Assembly (NCBI GenBank): GCA_035707865.1
Contig: DASSTO010000009.1
Location: 56,736 to 120,735 of the forward strand
DNA from: Longimicrobiaceae bacterium
GTDB taxonomy: Bacteria; Gemmatimonadota; Gemmatimonadetes; Longimicrobiales; Longimicrobiaceae
Reading direction: 5' to 3'
DNA: 64,000 bases
The translations under genes were made by a program, and so were the position numbers. The notes under the pieces were generated by a model. The model searched no databases. It was not told where the DNA came from and saw only the letters and a program-made list of their open reading frames with translations. The stretch's first letter is position 1. Every line of letters begins with the position of its first letter. Shown here one piece after another: positions 43,218-52,748 of the stretch.

Positions 43218-43258
43218 GAAGCACAGGGGAGGGCGCCGGGCGCCCTCCCCTGTGCTTC
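43218..43258 (+). terminator. near-perfect 20-nt inverted repeat (terminator candidate)
   Basis: GAAGCACAGGGGAGGGCGCC (43218-43237) and GGCGCCCTCCCCTGTGCTTC (43239-43258), followed by TT. Starts 25 nt after the Big_2 gene stop. Confidence 0.55.
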
Positions 43259-43380
43259 TTCAGTCCGTGGCACCGGGTTATCTTTCCGGGGCGGCGCTCC
43301 CGTGGTGTGGCGCGGGCGCAACAGCTGCCGTACCGGAAGGGCACTTCGCGGACGTTCGGGCACCGGAGCATACGGGCGAG

Positions 43381-44529
43381 ATGATTTCCCCTGTCGAGCG
43401 ACCCATCCGGGTGGCGTTCTGCATCGACAACATGAATCTGGGCGGGACCGAGCTGAACGCCGTGCGGACGGCGGAGCGGCTGGACCGCTCGCGCTTCGAG
43501 CTGCGCGTCTTCTGCCTGCAGGGCGAGGGTCCGCTGCTGGAGCGCTACGCCGCGGCCGGCGTCCCGGTACATTCCCTGCCGATCCCGAACCTGTACGGCC
43601 CCGGCGCGTGGCGCCAGGGGCGTCGGCTGGCGCGGTTGCTGCGCGAGTACCGGATCGACGTGCTGCACGCGCACGACGTCTACAGCAACGTCTTCGCGGT
43701 GCCGTGGGCGCGACGGGCAGGTGTGGGAACGATCGCGAGCCGGCGCTGGTGGGAGGGTCTGCCGGGCCTGCACTGGAAGCTGGCGAGTGCCGCGGCACAC
43801 CGCGTCGCGCACCGCACCCTGGCCAACGCGCCGGGCGTCGCGCGCCTCCTGGAGCGGGAGGGAATCGCCCGGGACCGGATCGCCGTCGTGCCGAACTTCC
43901 TGGATGAGAGCGCCTTCGAGCTGCTCCCGGAGGCGGAGCGACCGGAGCGACTCGGGGCACTCGGCGCCGACCCGGGGGCGCGCCAGGTGGGAGTGGTGGC
44001 GAACCTGCATCCGGTCAAGGACCACGCGTCCCTCGTGAAGGCGGTCTCCCTGCTGGCGGGGCGCTATCCCGACCTGCAGCTCGTCCTGGTGGGCGACGGG
44101 AGCATGCGCGAGCCGCTCGAGACGCTCGCGGCCGAGCGGGGAATCAGGGAGCGCGTGGTCTTCGCGGGCCGGAGAGCGAACGCGGCCAGCCTGCACCAGC
44201 TCTTCGAGGTCTCGGTTCTCCCCTCCTACAGCGAGGGGTTTCCGAACACGATACTAGAGGCGATGGCGGCGGCGCGCCCGGTGGTGGCCACGACCGTGGG
44301 CGCCATCCCCGACGCGGTGGTGGACGGAGAGACGGGCCTGCTGGTGCCGCCGCGCGATCCCGACCGCCTCGCGGCCGCGCTGGACACGCTCCTGAGCGAT
44401 CCCGCCCGGGCCCGCCGGATGGGAGAGGCGGGTCGGGAGCGCGCCCGGGAGCACTTCTCCGCGCGGGCGGCGCTCTCCAGGCTCGAGGGGCTGTACCGGG
44501 AGCTGGCGGGAGCGCGGGTGGACGGGTGA
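43381..44529 (+). CDS. GT4-family glycosyltransferase
   Basis: 382 aa from ATG 43381. C-terminal EGFPNTILEAMAAARPVVATTVGAIPDAVVDGETGLLV (E-x7-E motif). Confidence 0.85.
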   Translation: MISPVERPIRVAFCIDNMNLGGTELNAVRTAERLDRSRFELRVFCLQGEGPLLERYAAAGVPVHSLPIPNLYGPGAWRQGRRLARLLREYRIDVLHAHDVYSNVFAVPWARRAGVGTIASRRWWEGLPGLHWKLASAAAHRVAHRTLANAPGVARLLEREGIARDRIAVVPNFLDESAFELLPEAERPERLGALGADPGARQVGVVANLHPVKDHASLVKAVSLLAGRYPDLQLVLVGDGSMREPLETLAAERGIRERVVFAGRRANAASLHQLFEVSVLPSYSEGFPNTILEAMAAARPVVATTVGAIPDAVVDGETGLLVPPRDPDRLAAALDTLLSDPARARRMGEAGRERAREHFSARAALSRLEGLYRELAGARVDG

Positions 44530-44578
44530 GCGGGTGAACGCGGGGGCTGCGGTGGCGCCTGCGCCGGGGCCCTGCGCC

Positions 44579-44634
44579 GGCCCTCACCCGGCAGCCTGAG
44601 AGCCGCCACCCTCTCCCGCAAGCGGGCGAGGGGA
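44579..44634 (+). repeat. REP-like intergenic element, copy A
   Basis: GGCCCTCACCCGGC, 18-nt variable segment, CTCTCCCGCAAGCGGGCGAGGGGA. The second block is an imperfect hairpin. Same two blocks as 51167-51225. Confidence 0.7.
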
Positions 44635-44729
44635 AGGGTTTTCGGCGCGCGGGTCGGATGATCGCCTGTATTCAGCTGAGAGCTTCCGGCGTGTTGCGCC
44701 GACATTTCCGAGAACCGGTGTAGTTCACG

Positions 44730-46691
44730 ATGTGTGGAATCTGCGGGCTTTTCTCGTACGGTAGAGTGGCGGAGGACGGTGCGGCGCACGTCGTCCGGAT
44801 GCGCGATGCGATGGAGCACCGCGGGCCGGACGACGCGGGCCTCTACCAGTCCGCCGACCGGCGCGTCGTGCTCGGGCACCGGCGGCTCAGCATCGTCGAC
44901 CTCTCGCCCGCCGGCCACCAGCCGATGAGCAACGAGGACGGAACGGTGTGGATCGCCTTCAACGGGGAGATCTACAACCACGCCGAGCTCCGGCCGGCGC
45001 TCGAGGCGCGCGGGCACCGCTACCGCTCGCGCTCCGACACCGAGACGCTCCTCCACCTCTACGAGGAGCACGGTCCGGAGATGCTCCCGCTCCTGCGGGG
45101 GATGTTCGCGTTCGCGATCTGGGACGCGAACGAGCGCCGGCTCTTCCTGGCCCGCGACCGCATCGGGATCAAGCCGCTCTACTACACCTTCGCGGGCGGG
45201 CGCTTCCTCTTCGGCTCCGAGATCAAGGCGCTGCTCGCCCACCCGGCGGTGGAGCGCGACCTCGATACCGAGGCGCTCTACCATTACCTCTCGTACTACA
45301 CCACGCCTGCTCCCCGCACGATGTTCCGGGGCGTATCGAAGCTCCCGGCGGGGCACTTCATGCTGGTGGACGAACGGGGGGAAGCTACGGTTCGCCGCTG
45401 GTGGGACGCCGCCGACGCGCCCGCCCCCGACTCCACCCTGCTCGCGGACGAGGACACGGTCGCCGGCGAGGTGCAGCGGCTGCTGGGGCAGGCCGTGCAG
45501 GAGCGCCTCATGGCCGACGTGCCGTTCGGCGTCTTCCTCTCGGGCGGGGTGGATTCGAGCGCGATCACGGCGCTGGTGCGCCGCATGCACGACGGCCCCG
45601 TGCGCACCTTCTCCGTGGGCTACGCGGACGCGCCGGAGCACGACGAGCTCGGGCCGGCGCGCCGGGTGGCGCAGCTCCTCGGCACCGACCACCACGAGGT
45701 GGAGATCGACCACGACGACCTCGTCGCCTACGTTCCCGAGCTGATCCACTCGCAGGACGAGCCGCTCGCCGACTGGGTGTGCATCCCGCTTTACTACGTC
45801 TCCAAGCTGGTGCGCGACTCGGGGACGATCGTGGCGCTGGTGGGGGAGGGGAGCGACGAGCAGTTCGCGGGCTACCGGCACTACCTGCGCTACCTGCGGT
45901 TGCAGCGCGGCGCCTGGTCGGCGTACGGGCGGCTGCCGGGCTGGGCGCGCAGGGGCGCGCACCGCCTCGGCGAGCCCGCCCTGCGCCGCGCGAACTTCCC
46001 CCGCGAGATCCGTGAGCTGGTGCGCCGCGCGGCGATGGACGAGCCGCTCTTCCTGAGCGGTGCGGTCGCCGCGTGGGAGACCGACAAGCGGGAGATGATG
46101 TCGGCGCGGATGCGCTCGGGCGAATGGGCCTCCCTCAGCAGCGTGCCCGTAGCCCAGGCGGCGGCCGCTCACTTCCGCTCCCGCCGCCCCGGCGCGGACT
46201 TCCTGGACGGCGTCACCTACCAGGAGCTTCAGCTCCGGCTCCCCGAGCTCCTCCTGATGCGCGTGGACAAGATCACCATGTCCACTTCCATCGAGGCGCG
46301 GGTGCCCTTCCTCGACCACCGGCTGGTGGAGTTCACGGCGCACGTCCCGAGCGCGATGAAGATCCGCGGCGGCCGGACGAAGCACATCCTGAAGCACGCC
46401 GTGCGCGACCTGCTCCCCGCCGACGTGATCGACCGGAAGAAGCAGGGCTTCAGCGCGCCGGTCAAGGAATGGTTCCGCGGTGAGCTGGCGGGTTACGCGC
46501 GCCGCTCCATCCTGGAATCGCGGCTGCGCGAGCGCGACCTGTTCGACTACGACGTGGTGAGCAACATGCTGGAGATGCACCGCACGGGGCGGCGGAACTA
46601 CGACACGCTGCTCTGGAGTCTCGTGAACCTCTCACAGTGGTACGACGGGTGGATCGCCTCTGAGCCCGAGAGGGCGCTGGCGGCGGTATGA
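44730..46691 (+). CDS. asparagine synthase (glutamine-hydrolysing) family amidotransferase, paralogue 1
   Basis: 653 aa. N-terminal nucleophile MCGI, HRGPDD, and PP-loop FLSGGVDSS. Confidence 0.9.
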   Translation: MCGICGLFSYGRVAEDGAAHVVRMRDAMEHRGPDDAGLYQSADRRVVLGHRRLSIVDLSPAGHQPMSNEDGTVWIAFNGEIYNHAELRPALEARGHRYRSRSDTETLLHLYEEHGPEMLPLLRGMFAFAIWDANERRLFLARDRIGIKPLYYTFAGGRFLFGSEIKALLAHPAVERDLDTEALYHYLSYYTTPAPRTMFRGVSKLPAGHFMLVDERGEATVRRWWDAADAPAPDSTLLADEDTVAGEVQRLLGQAVQERLMADVPFGVFLSGGVDSSAITALVRRMHDGPVRTFSVGYADAPEHDELGPARRVAQLLGTDHHEVEIDHDDLVAYVPELIHSQDEPLADWVCIPLYYVSKLVRDSGTIVALVGEGSDEQFAGYRHYLRYLRLQRGAWSAYGRLPGWARRGAHRLGEPALRRANFPREIRELVRRAAMDEPLFLSGAVAAWETDKREMMSARMRSGEWASLSSVPVAQAAAAHFRSRRPGADFLDGVTYQELQLRLPELLLMRVDKITMSTSIEARVPFLDHRLVEFTAHVPSAMKIRGGRTKHILKHAVRDLLPADVIDRKKQGFSAPVKEWFRGELAGYARRSILESRLRERDLFDYDVVSNMLEMHRTGRRNYDTLLWSLVNLSQWYDGWIASEPERALAAV

Positions 46692-47782
46692 TCCGCGTCT
46701 GCGTCGTCGCGCCGAGATACATGACGGGCGGCCAGGCCATCGAGGCCCGGACGATCGTCTCCGGCTTCGCGGGCGACCCCGAGTACCGGCTGGAGATGCA
46801 GCCGATCGACCCGGCGATCCCCGCCTGGCTCGCGCGCCTGCGCGGTGTCCGGACGGTAGCGCGAATGCCGCTCTACTTCTTCGGCCTCGTCCGCAGGATC
46901 CGGCGCGCCGACGTCGTCCACGTCTTCACCGCGGCTTTCTGGCCCTTCCTGCTGACGACGACCCCGGCCATCCTGCTGGGGAGGCTGATGGGCCGGCCCG
47001 TGGTCCTGAACTATCGCGACGGTCGCGCGCCCGACCATCTACCGGCGCGGTGGGTGCGCTGGGTGATCGCCCGCGCGACGGTACTGGTCTTCCCGTCCGG
47101 CTTCCTGCGTGACGTCTTCCGTGGGTACGGCTTCGAGGGCGAGGTGATCTCGAACGTCGTGCACACGGAGCGCTTCCGCTTTCGCGAGCGGGTGCCCCTG
47201 CGGCCGGTCCTGATCTCCAGCCGGCTGCTGGAAGAGCTCTACGCGGTGGAGAACACCATCCGTGCCTTCGCGCGCGTTCGGGAGGTCCACTCCGAGGCCC
47301 GGCTCCTGGTGATCGGAGACGGGGACCGGGCCGAATCGCTGAAGCGGCTCGTGCGGGAGGAGGGGATCGGAGGGGTGGAGTTCCACGGCGCGGTGCCGCA
47401 CGATCAGGTGGCCGACTGGTTCGACCGGGCGGATGTCTTCGTCAACAGCTCGCGCGATGACAACATGCCCCACTCCGTCATCGAGGCGTTCAGCAGCGGG
47501 CTGGCGGTCGTCACGACGAGGGCGGGCGGGATCCCGTACATCGTGGAGCACGGTCGCAACGGCCTGTTGGTGGAGATCGATGACCCGGTGGCCATGGCGG
47601 ATGCCGTGCTGGATCTCCTCCGCGACCCCGCCCGTGCCCGGTCGCTGATCGAGCAGGCGCGGCGCGACTGCGCGGCGCGCTACTCCTGGGACGCGGCGCG
47701 AGAGCATTGGAAGGGCCTCTACCACAGGCTCGCGGGCGAGAGCGGGATCGCCGTGCCTCTCGTGGAGACGGTGCGCGAATGA
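46688..47782 (+). CDS. GT4-family glycosyltransferase
   Basis: 364 aa. ATGA overlap with the AsnB stop. DNMPHSVIEAFSSGLAVVTTRAGGIPYIVEHGRNGLLV. Confidence 0.85.
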   Translation: MIRVCVVAPRYMTGGQAIEARTIVSGFAGDPEYRLEMQPIDPAIPAWLARLRGVRTVARMPLYFFGLVRRIRRADVVHVFTAAFWPFLLTTTPAILLGRLMGRPVVLNYRDGRAPDHLPARWVRWVIARATVLVFPSGFLRDVFRGYGFEGEVISNVVHTERFRFRERVPLRPVLISSRLLEELYAVENTIRAFARVREVHSEARLLVIGDGDRAESLKRLVREEGIGGVEFHGAVPHDQVADWFDRADVFVNSSRDDNMPHSVIEAFSSGLAVVTTRAGGIPYIVEHGRNGLLVEIDDPVAMADAVLDLLRDPARARSLIEQARRDCAARYSWDAAREHWKGLYHRLAGESGIAVPLVETVRE

Positions 47783-49191
47783 GCGACGTCAGCGGCTTCC
47801 ACCGCGGCATGCGCGGCGGTCTGGCACGCCTCCCTAGGAGGGCGGCTCGGCCCTCGGAGGGTGCGTCTCCGTTCCCCTCGTCTCCCGGGCAGAAGACCCG
47901 GTGGGGCGATGCGCTGGTGGCATTCCGCGGCCGTTTCAGGAGCATCCCCTGGACGCTCACGCTCGTGGGCTTCCTGCTCTACGTCTGCGTGATCACCACC
48001 CAGCGGCTGGGGATCGGTGACGTGGGCGTCATCCTCGCCCTCGCGGGGCTGGTATTCCAGCGCGAGCAGCTGCGCTTCCCGCCTTTCCTGATCGTCTTCT
48101 GCGCCTTCCTCACCTGGTGCGCGCTGGGGCTGTTCACCACGCCCTACCCCGACGTGGTTCAGCCGCAACTGGTGGAGTTCTCCAAGCTGGGTCTGATCAT
48201 CCTCGCCGCCGTCAACGCCCTGCGCACGCGAAGCCAGGTCCGCTTCTTCACCATCTTCTGGCTCGCCTGCTACGCGCTCTACCCGGTCCGCGGCACGTTC
48301 GTCAACTACTTCGTCGCCCATTACCGGTTGTTCGGCCGAGCGCTCTGGAGCGGGATCTACGCGAACCCGAACGACCTGGCGGCTCTGACACTGCTTCTAC
48401 TGGGCGTCTGTGCGGGCGTGCTCATCTCGGAGACCGACCGCTGGCTCAAGCGACTCGCCCTGCTCGGCGTGGTCGTGCTGACGCTGTTGATCTTCATGAC
48501 CCAGTCGCGGGGCGCCCTGATCGGCCTCACCGTCTTCGGCCTCTTCGCGCTCGCCGGGCAGCGTATCCGCCTGCGTTCCGTCGCGCTGGTCTGCGCGATG
48601 GCGGTCGTCGTCGCCATGCTCGCGCCCTCGGGCGTCTGGACCCGGCTGGAAGGGCTGACGAAGGCGACGGACACCGAGGATCTCCGGGCGGTCGACCAGG
48701 AGGGCTCGGCGGAGCAGCGCTGGGAGATCTGGCAGACGGCGCTGCAGATCATCGGCGACCACCCGATCTTCGGTGTGGGCTGGGCGGCGTACCCACTGGC
48801 GAACGCGGCGTACGCCCCCATCACCGGCGGGGGCAGCGAGGCACTGGGTGCGCGCGATACGCACAGCACCTATCTGAACGTCACGGCGGAGACGGGCTTC
48901 CCGGGCCTGATGCTCTTCCTGGTGCTCGTTTTCGGCACGATCTACCAGGCGGAGGGCATCCGGCGGCGATGTAAGCGGGACCTTCCCTCGGCCGCGCGAC
49001 AGCTGTACTTCCTCGAGACCGCGATGGTCGGCTATATGACGTCGGGTCTCTTCGGCTCGTACAGCCGGCTCTCCTTCCTGTACCTCTATCTCGCGCTGAT
49101 CTACGTCGTGGCGAAGGCGTGCGAGGAAGATCTCGCGGCCCTGCGTGAAGTCGAGCGGCGGGCCGCCCCCGTGGCAGTGCTGACGAGTTGA
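47779..49191 (+). CDS. O-antigen ligase/polymerase-like (Wzy_C) membrane protein
   Basis: 470 aa from ATG 47779 (ATGA overlap). ~10 TM helices. FMTQSRGALIGL loop motif and a large periplasmic loop with H..YLNV.AE.G. Confidence 0.8.
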   Translation: MSDVSGFHRGMRGGLARLPRRAARPSEGASPFPSSPGQKTRWGDALVAFRGRFRSIPWTLTLVGFLLYVCVITTQRLGIGDVGVILALAGLVFQREQLRFPPFLIVFCAFLTWCALGLFTTPYPDVVQPQLVEFSKLGLIILAAVNALRTRSQVRFFTIFWLACYALYPVRGTFVNYFVAHYRLFGRALWSGIYANPNDLAALTLLLLGVCAGVLISETDRWLKRLALLGVVVLTLLIFMTQSRGALIGLTVFGLFALAGQRIRLRSVALVCAMAVVVAMLAPSGVWTRLEGLTKATDTEDLRAVDQEGSAEQRWEIWQTALQIIGDHPIFGVGWAAYPLANAAYAPITGGGSEALGARDTHSTYLNVTAETGFPGLMLFLVLVFGTIYQAEGIRRRCKRDLPSAARQLYFLETAMVGYMTSGLFGSYSRLSFLYLYLALIYVVAKACEEDLAALREVERRAAPVAVLTS

Positions 49192-49195
49192 GCCG

Positions 49196-51091
49196 ATGTG
49201 TGGAATCGCGGGATTCGTCGGGCGGGAGTGGTCACGCGAGGCGAGCGCGGAGGCGCTGCGGCGCATGTGCGACGCCATCCGCCACCGCGGGCCGGACGAC
49301 GCGGGCTACTTCCTGGCGCCCGGCGTGGCGCTCGGGATGCGCCGCCTCAGCATCATCGACCTGGGCGGGGGGCACCAGCCCATCGGGAACGAGGACGGGC
49401 GTATCCAGATCGTCTTCAACGGCGAGATCTACAACTACCGCGAGCTACGCGAGGGTCTGCTGCGGAGCGGCCACCGCTTCTCCACGCATACCGACACCGA
49501 GACGATCCTGCACCACTACGAGGCGCGGGGCGACCGCGTGGTCGACGACCTGCGCGGGATGTTCGGCTTCGCCATCTGGGACGCGCGCCGGGAGCGGCTC
49601 CTCCTCGCCCGCGACCGTCTGGGGATCAAGCCGCTCTATTACCGGGAGGGCGACGGCGGAGTGGCCTTCGCCTCCGAGCTGAAGTCGCTCCTCGCTCTCC
49701 CGGGCGTGCCGCGCGAGATCGACCCCGCCGCGCTGGCGGACTACCTCGCGCTCGGCTACGTGCCCGAGCCGGCGTGCATCTTCCGCGGCATCCGCAAGCT
49801 CGAGCCGGGGCACACGCTGAGCTGGAGCCGGGACGAGGGCGTGCGCGTCGCGCGCTACTGGTCGCCCTTCCGGCCCGAGGACGCGACGATCGGCGAGGAG
49901 GAGGCGGTGCGCGAGCTGCGGCGGCTCTTCTCCGAGGCCGTCCGCTACCGCCTCATCGCCGACGTGCCGCTCGGCGCCTTCCTCTCCGGCGGGACCGATT
50001 CCTCCGCGGTCGTCGCCGAGATGTCGCGGCAGATGGACCGGCCGGTGCAGACCTTCTCGATCGGCTTTGCCGAGCCGGAGTTCAACGAGGCGCCGCACGC
50101 TGCGGCCGTGGCGAAGGCGCTCGGCTCGGACCACACCGAGCTGATCGTACGCCCCGACGTCGATTCGCTCCTGGAGCAGATCATCGTCGCCTTCGACGAG
50201 CCCTTCGCCGACTCCTCGGCGATTCCCACCTTCCTGGTCTCGCAGCTGGCGAGCAGGAGCGTCAAGGTCGCGCTCTCGGGAGACGGGGGAGACGAGCTCT
50301 TCGGCGGGTACACGCGCTACCTGGACCTGATGCGGCGCGACCACCGCCTCCCCGCTCCCGCGCGCCACGCGCTCTCCGCGCTCGCCCGCCGGCTGCCCCA
50401 CTCCGCCTACGGCCGCAACCGGCTGCTGGAGCTGGCGCGCTCCCCGCACGGGCGCTACGCCGGGATGGTGGCCCATGCGCTCGCCCCGGAGGAGGGCGGG
50501 ATCGCCGCGGCGGGCGTCGCCGCGGCCGGGCACGATCTCGATTCCCTCCTGCGGCGCTGGTTCGACGATACCCCGGAGCGCGACCCCGCCACCCGCGCGA
50601 GCTTCGTCGACCTGCAGAGCTATCTCCCGGGCGACATCCTCACCAAGGTGGACCGGATGAGCATGGCGGTCTCGCTCGAAGCGCGCGTCCCGCTGCTGGA
50701 TCACCCCATCGTGGAGTTCGCCTCCTCGCTGCCCGCCCGTCTGCGCTTCCGGGAGGGAAAGGGCAAGTGGCTCCTGCGCCGGGCCATCGAGGACCTGGTG
50801 CCTCCGCTGGTGCTGCAGAAGCCGAAGCAGGGCTTCGGCGTTCCGCTGCGGCTCTGGTTCCGAAACGAGCTGCGGGGCCGCATCGACGACCTCCTGCGTC
50901 CGGATTCGGCCGTGTACGCGTACGTGGACCGCGCCGCCGTCAGCCGCGTGGTCCGGGAGCACCTCGCGGGGCGGCGCGACCACAGCGCGCAGATCTGGAA
51001 GCTGCTGGTGCTCCACGTCTGGCTGCAGACGCCGTCGGCGGCGCAGGTGGAGAGCAGCCCCCGGTCGACCTTCGCACTGGAGAGGGCCTGA
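49196..51091 (+). CDS. asparagine synthase family amidotransferase, paralogue 2
   Basis: 631 aa. MCGIAG, HRGPDD, FLSGGTDSS. Confidence 0.9.
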   Translation: MCGIAGFVGREWSREASAEALRRMCDAIRHRGPDDAGYFLAPGVALGMRRLSIIDLGGGHQPIGNEDGRIQIVFNGEIYNYRELREGLLRSGHRFSTHTDTETILHHYEARGDRVVDDLRGMFGFAIWDARRERLLLARDRLGIKPLYYREGDGGVAFASELKSLLALPGVPREIDPAALADYLALGYVPEPACIFRGIRKLEPGHTLSWSRDEGVRVARYWSPFRPEDATIGEEEAVRELRRLFSEAVRYRLIADVPLGAFLSGGTDSSAVVAEMSRQMDRPVQTFSIGFAEPEFNEAPHAAAVAKALGSDHTELIVRPDVDSLLEQIIVAFDEPFADSSAIPTFLVSQLASRSVKVALSGDGGDELFGGYTRYLDLMRRDHRLPAPARHALSALARRLPHSAYGRNRLLELARSPHGRYAGMVAHALAPEEGGIAAAGVAAAGHDLDSLLRRWFDDTPERDPATRASFVDLQSYLPGDILTKVDRMSMAVSLEARVPLLDHPIVEFASSLPARLRFREGKGKWLLRRAIEDLVPPLVLQKPKQGFGVPLRLWFRNELRGRIDDLLRPDSAVYAYVDRAAVSRVVREHLAGRRDHSAQIWKLLVLHVWLQTPSAAQVESSPRSTFALERA

Positions 51092-51166
51092 TGTTGTGCC
51101 ACGAGCGCCAGGTGACAAGTGTGCGGAAGCCTGAGCAACGGCGCGGTGCTCGGACGCCGGTGCGCG

Positions 51167-51225
51167 GGCCCTCACCCGGCGCGCCGAGACGCTTTCGGGC
51201 ACTCTCCCGCAAGCGGGCGAGGGGA
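51167..51225 (+). repeat. REP-like intergenic element, copy B
   Basis: GGCCCTCACCCGGC, 21-nt variable segment, CTCTCCCGCAAGCGGGCGAGGGGA. Both conserved blocks are identical to copy A. Confidence 0.7.
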
Positions 51226-51279
51226 CTTTCCGGGACCCGGGTACTGGCGCGAAGCTGCTGGCCCGCAGTCCGCGAAGGC

Positions 51280-51293
51280 GGACTTCCTGTAGC
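51280..51293 (+). promoter_or_regulatory. weak sigma-54-like element
   Basis: CGGACT-TCCTG-TAGC with correct GG-N10-GC spacing but only partial matches to the hexamers. The -12 GC lies ~91 nt upstream of ATG 51384. Confidence 0.25.
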
Positions 51294-51383
51294 TTTTGCA
51301 GCGGTTTCAACCGCCGGGCGAGGGATCGCCGGAGGTGAGGGCCGGCCGCGGCATGCGCCGACCGCTCCGAGGAGGGCGCTGAG

Positions 51384-52745
51384 ATGATCTCCGCTGGTGC
51401 CCTGGCTTTCCGTGCCGCGGAGTGGCTGCGCCGCTCGCGCAGCCGGCAGCTGCTGCGGGAGATCGAGCCCCTGGCACGCCTCTCCCCGGAGGCCGCGCGG
51501 GCGCTCCAGTTCGAGCGGCTCTCGCGGCTGCTCGCGCACGCGGAGGAGCGGGTCCCCTACTACCGGGAGCTCTTCGACTCGATGGGGATCACCAGCCGCG
51601 ACATCCGCTCGGTGGAGGACCTCGCGGGTCTCCCGGTCCTCACGAAGGAGATCGTCCGGGAGCGGGCGCGGGACCTGGTGCGGGAGGATCTCCCTCTCGC
51701 GTCGTTCTCCGTGCACCACAGCGGTGGGTCCACGGGCGTGCCGCTGACCTTCTACCGCGACGCCGAGTACCAGGACGCCTCCGCGGCCGGCACGCTGCGC
51801 AACCTGCGACAGGCGGGGTGGCGGCCGGGGGAGATGGTGGCCTTCTTCTGGGGGTGGAACGAGCGCCTCAACCGGATGTCGCGCTGGGAGTTCGAGTTCC
51901 GGCAGTGGTTGCGGCGCATGTACCAGTTCGACCCCTTCCAGTCGGGCCCGGAGGAGATGGACCGCTGGCTCCGCCGCTGGCGCACGCTGCGCCCGAGTAC
52001 GGCGCTGGGCTACGCCTCCACCATCGCGCGCTTCGCCCGGCACGTGGAGGAGAGCGGCACCCGCCTGCCGCCGCTCAGGGGCGTCTTCACCACCGCGGAG
52101 AAGCTCTATCCCCAGCAGCGGGAGGTCATCTCGCGGGTCTTCTCGTGCCGCGTCTTCGACTGCTACGGGAGCAGCGAGGTGCAGAACATCGCCGCCGAAT
52201 GCCCGCACGGGCGGATGCACGTGAACGCCGACTACGTGGTGCTCGAGGTCGACGGCGACGGAGCGCCCGGAGAACCCGCGCCTTTCCTGCTGACGTCGCT
52301 CTGGAACTACGCGATGCCGTTCATCCGCTATCGCAACGAGGACCGCGGCAGCCTCCTGCCGGGCACGTGCGACTGCGGCAACGGCTTCCCGCTGATGGAC
52401 CTGAGCGTCGCGCGCACCTCGGACAACTTCCCGCTTCCGAACGGGCGCGTGGTGCACGGAGAGTTCTTCACCCACCTGATGTACGGCAGCGAGGGGATCG
52501 CGAGCTTCCAGTTCCACCAGACGGCGACCGATCGCGTCGTGCTCTACGTGGTGCCGGGGCCCGGATCCGCCGCCGCGCGCGAGCGGGCGGTCCGGAGCGC
52601 CGTCGAGCAGGTGCAGTCGCTCGCGCCGGGTCTCGTCGTCGTCGAGGCGAGGACCGTCGACACCATCCCGCTGAGCAGCGCCGGCAAGCACCGCTTCACG
52701 CGCTCCGACGTGGTCACGTCCGCGGCCGGCGAGGGAGTGGTCTGA
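51384..52745 (+). CDS. CapK/PaaK-like adenylate-forming ligase (phenylacetate-CoA ligase family)
   Basis: 453 aa. VPYYRELF...L..LP.L.K; HHSGGSTGVPLTF (AMP-binding P-loop equivalent); architecture typical of CapK-type proteins in capsule/EPS loci. Confidence 0.75.
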   Translation: MISAGALAFRAAEWLRRSRSRQLLREIEPLARLSPEAARALQFERLSRLLAHAEERVPYYRELFDSMGITSRDIRSVEDLAGLPVLTKEIVRERARDLVREDLPLASFSVHHSGGSTGVPLTFYRDAEYQDASAAGTLRNLRQAGWRPGEMVAFFWGWNERLNRMSRWEFEFRQWLRRMYQFDPFQSGPEEMDRWLRRWRTLRPSTALGYASTIARFARHVEESGTRLPPLRGVFTTAEKLYPQQREVISRVFSCRVFDCYGSSEVQNIAAECPHGRMHVNADYVVLEVDGDGAPGEPAPFLLTSLWNYAMPFIRYRNEDRGSLLPGTCDCGNGFPLMDLSVARTSDNFPLPNGRVVHGEFFTHLMYGSEGIASFQFHQTATDRVVLYVVPGPGSAAARERAVRSAVEQVQSLAPGLVVVEARTVDTIPLSSAGKHRFTRSDVVTSAAGEGVV

Positions 52746-52748
52746 CCG

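Noticed and set aside
43268-43282. TGGCAC-CGGGT-TATC upstream of the GT4 gene as a sigma-54 promoter (also TGGCACGACGCGAATCAC at 13491-13508)
   Set aside because: The first lacks the essential -12 GC. The second has no TTGC element and faces away from any gene on its strand.
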